Positions 54,501 to 64,000 of a stretch of 64,000 bases of DNA are shown piece after piece. This stretch comes from the human T2T-CHM13v2.0 reference genome, Homo sapiens. Position 1 is the stretch's first letter; every line of letters starts with the position of its first letter. The DNA lies in the NCBI RefSeq assembly GCF_009914755.1, contig NC_060938.1; one strand, 5' to 3'. Both the position numbers and the translations under genes were made by a program. The notes beneath the pieces are model-generated. The model was given only the letters and a program-made list of their open reading frames with translations, was not told the DNA's origin and searched no databases.

Positions 54501-57220
54501 GGGAAGATATTTGCTTTTTCCCCGTAGGCCTCAGGGCGCTCCAAATGTCCACTTGCACATGCTACAAAAAGAGTGCTTCAAAGCTGCTCTCTGAAAGGGA
54601 ATGTTCAACTCTATGAGTTGAATGCAAACATCACAAAGACGTTTCTGAGAATGCTTCTGTCTAGATTTGATATGAAGATATTCCCGTTTCCAACGAAATC
54701 TTCAAATCTATCCAAATGTCCACTTGCAGATTCAACAAAAAGTGTTTTTCAGAACTGCTCTATCAAAAGAAAGATCCACCTCTGTTAGCTGAGTTCAGAC
54801 ATCACAAACAAGTTTATGAGAATGCTTCTGTCTAGTTTTTATTTGAAGATATTTCCTTTCTCACCATAGACCTGAAAGCTGTCCTAATGTTCACTTCCAG
54901 TTACTACAGAGTGTTTCAAAACTGCTGTACGAAAGGGAATGTTCAACTCTGTGACTTGAATGCACACATCACAAAGAAGTTTCTGAGGATGCTGCTGTCT
55001 ACTTTTTATACTTAATCCCGTTTCCAACGAAATCCTCCAAGCTATCCAAATATCCACTTGCAGATTCCACAGAAAGACTGTTTCAAAACTGCTCTGTCAA
55101 TAGAAAGGTTCAACTCTGTTAGCTGCGTGCATATATCCCAAAGCAGATTCTGAGATTGCTTCTGTCTAGTTTTTATGGGAAGATATTTCCCTTTTCACCG
55201 TAGGCGTCAAGGCGCTCCAAATGTCCACTTCCAGATACTACAAAAAGAGTGTTTCAAACCTACTCTGTGAAAGGGAATATTCAACTCTGTGACTTGAATG
55301 CACATATCACAAGGAAGTTTCTGAGAATGCTTCTGTCGAGATTTTATATGAAGATATTCCCGTTTCCAACGAAATCCTGAAATCTATCCAAATATCCCCT
55401 CGCAGATTCTACAAAAAGAGTGTTTCAAAACTGCTCTTTAAAAAGAAAGGTTCAACTCTGTTAGTTGAGTACACACATCACAAACAAGTTTCACAGAATG
55501 CTTCTTTCTAGCTTGTAGGGGAAGATATTCCCTTTATCACCATGGGCCTCAAACCGTCCGATAAGTCCACTTCCATATACTACAAAAAGAGCGTTTCAAA
55601 CCTGCTCTATGAAAGGCAACGTTCAACTCTGTGACTTGAATGCAGACATCACAGAGCAGTTTCTGAGAATGCTTCTGTCTAGATTTTATAGGAAGATATT
55701 CCCGTTTCCAACGAAATCTTCACAGCTATCCAAATATCCACTTGCAGATTCTACAAAAAGAGTGTATCAAAACTGCTCTGTCAAAAGGAAGGTTCTTCTC
55801 TGTTAGGTGAGTGCATACGTCATAAAGGAGTTTCTGAGAATGTTTCTGTCTAGTGGTTATGGGAAGATATTTGCTTTTTCCCCGTAGGCCTCAGGGCGCT
55901 CCAAATGTCCACTTGCACATGCTACAAAAAGAGTGCTTCAAAGCTGCTCTCTGAAAGGGAATGTTCAACTCTATGAGTTGAATGCAAACATCACAAAGAC
56001 GTTTCTGAGAATGCTTCTGTCTAGATTTGATATGAAGATATTCCCGTTTCCAACGAAATCTTCAAATCTATCCAAATGTCCACTTGCAGATTCAACAAAA
56101 AGTGTTTTTCAGAACTGCTCTATCAAAAGAAAGATCCACCTCTGTTAGCTGAGTTCAGACATCACAAACAAGTTTATGAGAATGCTTCTGTCTAGTTTTT
56201 ATTTGAAGATATTTCCTTTCTCACCATAGACCTGAAAGCTGTCCTAATGTTCACTTCCAGTTACTACAGAGTGTTTCAAAACTGCTGTACGAAAGGGAAT
56301 GTTCAACTCTGTGACTTGAATGCACACATCACAAAGAAGTTTCTGAGGATGCTGCTGTCTACTTTTTATACTTAATCCCGTTTCCAACGAAATCCTCCAA
56401 GCTATCCAAATATCCACTTGCAGATTCCACAGAAAGACTGTTTCAAAACTGCTCTGTCAATAGAAAGGTTCAACTCTGTTAGCTGCGTGCATATATCCCA
56501 AAGCAGATTCTGAGATTGCTTCTGTCTAGTTTTTATGGGAAGATATTTCCCTTTTCACCGTAGGCGTCAAGGCGCTCCAAATGTCCACTTCCAGATACTA
56601 CAAAAAGAGTGTTTCAAACCTACTCTGTGAAAGGGAATATTCAACTCTGTGACTTGAATGCACATATCACAAGGAAGTTTCTGAGAATGCTTCTGTCGAG
56701 ATTTTATATGAAGATATTCCCGTTTCCAACGAAATCCTGAAATCTATCCAAATATCCCCTCGCAGATTCTACAAAAAGAGTGTTTCAAAACTGCTCTTTA
56801 AAAAGAAAGGTTCAACTCTGTTAGTTGAGTACACACATCACAAACAAGTTTCACAGAATGCTTCTTTCTAGCTTGTAGGGGAAGATATTCCCTTTATCAC
56901 CATGGGCCTCAAACCGTCCGATAAGTCCACTTCCATATACTACAAAAAGAGCGTTTCAAACCTGCTCTATGAAAGGCAACGTTCAACTCTGTGACTTGAA
57001 TGCAGACATCACAGAGCAGTTTCTGAGAATGCTTCTGTCTAGATTTTATAGGAAGATATTCCCGTTTCCAACGAAATCTTCACAGCTATCCAAATATCCA
57101 CTTGCAGATTCTACAAAAAGAGTGTATCAAAACTGCTCTGTCAAAAGGAAGGTTCTTCTCTGTTAGGTGAGTGCATACGTCATAAAGGAGTTTCTGAGAA
57201 TGTTTCTGTCTAGTGGTTAT
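39509..57220. repeat. Copy B of the multi-HOR segmental duplication (HORs 30-42, 13 units)
   Basis: Markers 40980A, 41735G, 46283A and 52074C. The HOR order matches copy A except for one missing 1364-bp unit. The match is firm to about 54900; beyond that it rests on common haplotypes. Confidence 0.8.
42233..43596 (-). repeat. Minority divergent HOR haplotype, copy 4 (HOR 32), duplicate of HOR 18
   Basis: Same SNV set, exactly 19,076 bp downstream of HOR 18. Confidence 0.9.
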
Positions 57221-60200
57221 GGGAAGATATTTGCTTTTTCCCCGTAGGCCTCAGGGCGCTCCAAATGTCCACTTGCACATGCTACAAAAAGAGTGCTTCA
57301 AAGCTGCTCTCTGAAAGGGAATGTTCAACTCTATGAGTTGAATGCAAACATCACAAAGACGTTTCTGAGAATGCTTCTGTCTAGATTTGATATGAAGATA
57401 TTCCCGTTTCCAACGAAATCTTCAAATCTATCCAAATGTCCACTTGCAGATTCAACAAAAAGTGTTTTTCAGAACTGCTCTATCAAAAGAAAGATCCACC
57501 TCTGTTAGCTGAGTTCACACATCACAAACAAGTTTATGAGAATGCTTCTGTCTAGTTTTTATTTGAAGATATTTCCTTTCTCACCATAGACCTGAAAGCT
57601 GTCCTAATGTTCACTTCCAGTTACTACAGAGTGTTTCAAAACTGCTGTACGAAAGGGAATGTTCAACTCTGTGACTTGAATGCACACATCACAAAGAAGT
57701 TTCTGAGGATGCTGCTGTCTACTTTTTATACTTAATCCCGTTTCCAACGAAATCCTCCAAGCTATCCAAATATCCACTTGCAGATTCCACAGAAAGACTG
57801 TTTCAAAACTGCTCTGTCAATAGAAAGGTTCAACTCTGTTAGCTGCGTGCATATATCCCAAAGAAGATTCTGAGATTGCTTCTGTCTAGTTTTTATGGGA
57901 AGATATTTCCCTTTTCACCGTAGGCGTCAAGGCGCTCCAAATGTCCACTTCCAGATACTACAAAAAGAGTGTTTCAAACCTACTCTGTGAAAGGGAATAT
58001 TCAACTCTGTGACTTGAATGCACATATCACAAGGAAGTTTCTGAGAATGCTTCTGTCGAGATTTTATATGAAGATATTCCCGTTTCCAACGAAATCCTGA
58101 AATCTATCCAAATATCCCCTCGCAGATTCTACAAAAAGAGTGTTTCAAAACTGCTCTTTAAAAAGAAAGGTTCAACTCTGTTAGTTGAGTACACACATCA
58201 CAAACAAGTTTCACAGAATGCTTCTTTCTAGCTTGTAGGGGAAGATATTCCCTTTATCACCATGGGCCTCAAACCGTCCGATAAGTCCACTTCCATATAC
58301 TACAAAAAGAGCGTTTCAAACCTGCTCTATGAAAGGCAACGTTCAACTCTGTGACTTGAATGCAGACATCACAGAGCAGTTTCTGAGAATGCTTCTGTCT
58401 AGATTTTATAGGAAGATATTCCCGTTTCCAACGAAATCTTCACAGCTATCCAAATATCCACTTGCAGATTCTACAAAAAGAGTGTATCAAAACTGCTCTG
58501 TCAAAAGGAAGGTTCTTCTCTGTTAGGTGAGTGCATACGTCATAAAGGAGTTTCTGAGAATGTTTCTGTCTAGTGGTTATGGGAAGATATTTGCTTTTTC
58601 CCCGTAGGCCTCAGGGCGCTCCAAATGTCCACTTGCACATGCTACAAAAAGAGTGCTTCAAAGCTGCTCTCTGAAAGGGAATGTTCAACTCTATGAGTTG
58701 AATGCAAACATCACAAAGACGTTTCTGAGAATGCTTCTGTCTAGATTTGATATGAAGATATTCCCGTTTCCAACGAAATCTTCAAATCTATCCAAATGTC
58801 CACTTGCAGATTCAACAAAAAGTGTTTTTCAGAACTGCTCTATCAAAAGAAAGATCCACCTCTGTTAGCTGAGTTCAGACATCACAAACAAGTTTATGAG
58901 AATGCTTCTGTCTAGTTTTTATTTGAAGATATTTCCTTTCTCACCATAGACCTGAAAGCTGTCCTAATGTTCACTTCCAGTTACTACAGAGTGTTTCAAA
59001 ACTGCTGTACGAAAGGGAATGTTCAACTCTGTGACTTGAATGCACACATCACAAAGAAGTTTCTGAGGATGCTGCTGTCTACTTTTTATACTTAATCCCG
59101 TTTCCAACGAAATCCTCCAAGCTATCCAAATATCCACTTGCAGATTCCACAGAAAGACTGTTTCAAAACTGCTCTGTCAATAGAAAGGTTCAACTCTGTT
59201 AGCTGCGTGCATATATCCCAAAGCAGATTCTGAGATTGCTTCTGTCTAGTTTTTATGGGAAGATATTTCCCTTTTCACCGTAGGCGTCAAGGCGCTCCAA
59301 ATGTCCACTTCCAGATACTACAAAAAGAGTGTTTCAAACCTACTCTGTGAAAGGGAATATTCAACTCTGTGACTTGAATGCACATATCACAAGGAAGTTT
59401 CTGAGAATGCTTCTGTCGAGATTTTATATGAAGATATTCCCGTTTCCAACGAAATCCTGAAATCTATCCAAATATCCCCTCGCAGATTCTACAAAAAGAG
59501 TGTTTCAAAACTGCTCTTTAAAAAGAAAGGTTCAACTCTGTTAGTTGAGTACACACATCACAAACAAGTTTCACAGAATGCTTCTTTCTAGCTTGTAGGG
59601 GAAGATATTCCCTTTATCACCATGGGCCTCAAACCGTCCGATAAGTCCACTTCCATATACTACAAAAAGAGCGTTTCAAACCTGCTCTATGAAAGGCAAC
59701 GTTCAACTCTGTGACTTGAATGCAGACATCACAGAGCAGTTTCTGAGAATGCTTCTGTCTAGATTTTATAGGAAGATATTCCCGTTTCCAACGAAATCTT
59801 CACAGCTATCCAAATATCCACTTGCAGATTCTACAAAAAGAGTGTATCAAAACTGCTCTGTCAAAAGGAAGGTTCTTCTCTGTTAGGTGAGTGCATACGT
59901 CATAAAGGAGTTTCTGAGAATGTTTCTGTCTAGTGGTTATGGGAAGATATTTGCTTTTTCCCCGTAGGCCTCAGGGCGCTCCAAATGTCCACTTGCACAT
60001 GCTACAAAAAGAGTGCTTCAAAGCTGCTCTCTGAAAGGGAATGTTCAACTCTATGAGTTGAATGCAAACATCACAAAGACGTTTCTGAGAATGCTTCTGT
60101 CTAGATTTGATATGAAGATATTCCCGTTTCCAACGAAATCTTCAAATCTATCCAAATGTCCACTTGCAGATTCAACAAAAAGTGTTTTTCAGAACTGCTC

Positions 60201-63200
60201 TATCAAAAGAAAGATCCACCTCTGTTAGCTGAGTTCAGACATCACAAACAAGTTTATGAGAATGCTTCTGTCTAGTTTTTATTTGAAGATATTTCCTTTC
60301 TCACCATAGACCTGAAAGCTGTCCTAATGTTCACTTCCAGTTACTACAGAAAGAGTATTTCAAAACTGCTGTACGAAAGGGAATGTTCAACTCTGTGACT
60401 TGAATGCACACATCACAAAGAAGTTTCTGAGGATGCTGCTGTCTACTTTTTATACTTAATCCCGTTTCCAACGAAATCCTCCAAGCTATCCAAATATCCA
60501 CTTGCAGATTCCACAGAAAGACTGTTTCAAAACTGCTCTGTCAATAGAAAGGTTCAACTCTGTTAGCTGCGTGCATATATCCCAAAGCAGATTCTGAGAT
60601 TGCTTCTGTCTAGTTTTTATGGGAAGATATTTCCCTTTTCACCGTAGGCGTCAAGGCGCTCCAAATGTCCACTTCCAGATACTACAAAAAGAGTGTTTCA
60701 AACCTACTCTGTGAAAGGGAATATTCAACTCTGTGACTTGAATGCACATATCACAAGGAAGTTTCTGAGAATGCTTCTGTCGAGATTTTATATGAAGATA
60801 TTCCCGTTTCCAACGAAATCCTGAAATCTATCCAAATATCCCCTCGCAGATTCTACAAAAAGAGTGTTTCAAAACTGCTCTTTAAAAAGAAAGGTTCAAC
60901 TCTGTTAGTTGAGTACACACATCACAAACAAGTTTCACAGAATGCTTCTTTCTAGCTTGTAGGGGAAGATATTCCCTTTATCACCATGGGCCTCAAACCG
61001 TCCGATAAGTCCACTTCCATATACTACAAAAAGAGCGTTTCAAACCTGCTCTATGAAAGGCAACGTTCAACTCTGTGACTTGAATGCAGACATCACAGAG
61101 CAGTTTCTGAGAATGCTTCTGTCTAGATTTTATAGGAAGATATTCCCGTTTCCAACGAAATCTTCACAGCTATCCAAATATCCACTTGCAGATTCTACAA
61201 AAAGAGTGTATCAAAACTGCTCTGTCAAAAGGAAGGTTCTTCTCTGTTAGGTGAGTGCATACGTCATAAAGGAGTTTCTGAGAATGTTTCTGTCTAGTGG
61301 TTATGGGAAGATATTTGCTTTTTCCCCGTAGGCCTCAGGGCGCTCCAAATGTCCACTTGCACATGCTACAAAAAGAGTGCTTCAAAGCTGCTCTCTGAAA
61401 GGGAATGTTCAACTCTATGAGTTGAATGCAAACATCACAAAGACGTTTCTGAGAATGCTTCTGTCTAGATTTGATATGAAGATATTCCCGTTTCCAACGA
61501 AATCTTCAAATCTATCCAAATGTCCACTTGCAGATTCAACAAAAAGTGTTTTTCAGAACTGCTCTATCAAAAGAAAGATCCACCTCTGTTAGCTGAGTTC
61601 AGACATCACAAACAAGTTTATGAGAATGCTTCTGTCTAGTTTTTATTTGAAGATATTTCCTTTCTCACCATAGACCTGAAAGCTGTCCTAATGTTCACTT
61701 CCAGTTACTACAGAGTGTTTCAAAACTGCTGTACGAAAGGGAATGTTCAACTCTGTGACTTGAATGCACACATCACAAAGAAGTTTCTGAGGATGCTGCT
61801 GTCTACTTTTTATACTTAATCCCGTTTCCAACGAAATCCTCCAAGCTATCCAAATATCCACTTGCAGATTCCACAGAAAGACTGTTTCAAAACTGCTCTG
61901 TCAATAGAAAGGTTCAACTCTGTTAGCTGCGTGCATATATCCCAAAGCAGATTCTGAGATTGCTTCTGTCTAGTTTTTATGGGAAGATATTTCCCTTTTC
62001 ACCGTAGGCGTCAAGGCGCTCCAAATGTCCACTTCCAGATACTACAAAAAGAGTGTTTCAAACCTACTCTGTGAAAGGGAATATTCAACTCTGTGACTTG
62101 AATGCACATATCACAAGGAAGTTTCTGAGAATGCTTCTGTCGAGATTTTATATGAAGATATTCCCGTTTCCAACGAAATCCTGAAATCTATCCAAATATC
62201 CCCTCGCAGATTCTACAAAAAGAGTGTTTCAAAACTGCTCTTTAAAAAGAAAGGTTCAACTCTGTTAGTTGAGTACACACATCACAAACAAGTTTCACAG
62301 AATGCTTCTTTCTAGCTTGTAGGGGAAGATATTCCCTTTATCACCATGGGCCTCAAACCGTCCGATAAGTCCACTTCCATATACTACAAAAAGAGCGTTT
62401 CAAACCTGCTCTATGAAAGGCAACGTTCAACTCTGTGACTTGAATGCAGACATCACAGAGCAGTTTCTGAGAATGCTTCTGTCTAGATTTTATAGGAAGA
62501 TATTCCCGTTTCCAACGAAATCTTCACAGCTATCCAAATATCCACTTGCAGATTCTACAAAAAGAGTGTATCAAAACTGCTCTGTCAAAAGGAAGGTTCT
62601 TCTCTGTTAGGTGAGTGCATACGTCATAAAGGAGTTTCTGAGAATGTTTCTGTCTAGTGGTTATGGGAAGATATTTGCTTTTTCCCCGTAGGCCTCAGGG
62701 CGCTCCAAATGTCCACTTGCACATGCTACAAAAAGAGTGCTTCAAAGCTGCTCTCTGAAAGGGAATGTTCAACTCTATGAGTTGAATGCAAACATCACAA
62801 AGACGTTTCTGAGAATGCTTCTGTCTAGATTTGATATGAAGATATTCCCGTTTCCAACGAAATCTTCAAATCTATCCAAATGTCCACTTGCAGATTCAAC
62901 AAAAAGTGTTTTTCAGAACTGCTCTATCAAAAGAAAGATCCACCTCTGTTAGCTGAGTTCACACATCACAAACAAGTTTATGAGAATGCTTCTGTCTAGT
63001 TTTTATTTGAAGATATTTCCTTTCTCACCATAGACCTGAAAGCTGTCCTAATGTTCACTTCCAGTTACTACAGAGTGTTTCAAAACTGCTGTACGAAAGG
63101 GAATGTTCAACTCTGTGACTTGAATGCACACATCACAAAGAAGTTTCTGAGGATGCTGCTGTCTACTTTTTATACTTAATCCCGTTTCCAACGAAATCCT

Positions 63201-64000
63201 CCAAGCTATCCAAATATCCACTTGCAGATTCCACAGAAAGACTGTTTCAAAACTGCTCTGTCAATAGAAAGGTTCAACTCTGTTAGCTGCGTGCATATAT
63301 CCCAAAGCAGATTCTGAGATTGCTTCTGTCTAGTTTTTATGGGAAGATATTTCCCTTTTCACCGTAGGCGTCAAGGCGCTCCAAATGTCCACTTCCAGAT
63401 ACTACAAAAAGAGTGTTTCAAACCTACTCTGTGAAAGGGAATATTCAACTCTGTGACTTGAATGCACATATCACAAGGAAGTTTCTGAGAATGCTTCTGT
63501 CGAGATTTTATATGAAGATATTCCCGTTTCCAACGAAATCCTGAAATCTATCCAAATATCCCCTCGCAGATTCTACAAAAAGAGTGTTTCAAAACTGCTC
63601 TTTAAAAAGAAAGGTTCAACTCTGTTAGTTGAGTACACACATCACAAACAAGTTTCACAGAATGCTTCTTTCTAGCTTGTAGGGGAAGATATTCCCTTTA
63701 TCACCATGGGCCTCAAACCGTCCGATAAGTCCACTTCCATATACTACAAAAAGAGCGTTTCAAACCTGCTCTATGAAAGGCAACGTTCAACTCTGTGACT
63801 TGAATGCAGACATCACAGAGCAGTTTCTGAGAATGCTTCTGTCTAGATTTTATAGGAAGATATTCCCGTTTCCAACGAAATCTTCACAGCTATCCAAATA
63901 TCCACTTGCAGATTCTACAAAAAGAGTGTATCAAAACTGCTCTGTCAAAAGGAAGGTTCTTCTCTGTTAGGTGAGTGCATACGTCATAAAGGAGTTTCTG

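Larger units (their letters stand above)
1..64000 (-). repeat. Centromeric alpha-satellite HOR array: 8-mer (1360/1364 bp), ~47 tandem copies, SF2-type dimeric structure; probably D14Z9/D22Z1 (chr14/22)
   Basis: Alphoid motifs (GTTTCTGAGAATGCTTCTGTCTAG, TCCACTTGCAGATTCTACAAAAAGAGTGTTTCAAAACTGCTC) recur every ~171 bp. The same ORF pair recurs every 1360 or 1364 bp (73, 1433, 2797 ... 62737). Copies are about 99% or more identical by eye, while monomers within a copy are clearly diverged. Strand is given by the CENP-B box orientation. The alpha-satellite call is firm; the chromosome assignment is recalled, roughly 0.6 confidence. Confidence 0.98.

Noticed and set aside
1-64000. CRISPR-like array (conserved 17-bp motif about every 340 bp)
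   Set aside because: The motif is the CENP-B box. The intervening DNA is itself repeated rather than unique spacers, and there are no cas genes.
1-64000. Transposon insertion, inversion or monomer-number HOR variants
   Set aside because: ORF spacing is 1360 or 1364 bp throughout and always on one strand, which leaves no room for insertions or truncated HORs. A small balanced change could escape reading by eye.
1-64000. A previously undescribed biological system
   Set aside because: Everything visible is explained by known alpha-satellite HOR organisation and turnover; only the specific variant history may be unreported.
1-64000. SF1 dimeric array or other 8-mer arrays (chr10, chr12, chr18 or chr20 variants)
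   Set aside because: The 342-bp dimers and the ATTTCGTTGGAAACGGGAATA context fit SF2 better than the ~340-bp SF1 dimers. Other SF2 8-mers are less likely but not excluded without alignment to HOR consensus models.

Overview
The whole 64 kb window is one uninterrupted, head-to-tail primate (most likely human) centromeric alpha-satellite array. It is a higher-order repeat (HOR) of eight ~171-bp monomers, 1360 or 1364 bp long, present as 46 full copies plus one nearly complete copy. Monomers with a CENP-B box (TTTCGTTGGAAACGGGA, minus strand) alternate strictly with monomers carrying a pJ-alpha/A-box. This dimeric pattern and the box context fit suprachromosomal family 2. An 8-mer of this size best fits the chr14/chr22 live array (D14Z9/D22Z1), but that assignment is from memory and needs an alignment. 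I see no genes, RNA genes, transposon insertions, inversions or CRISPR array, and the listed ORFs are repeat artefacts. I found no new biological system. The real information is in HOR-level variants, read by eye: a very recent ~19-kb near-tandem duplication (13-14 HORs), an interspersed minority HOR haplotype with ancestral-looking alleles, a chimeric HOR, a three-allele 4-bp indel, and nested 2- to 4-HOR periodicities.
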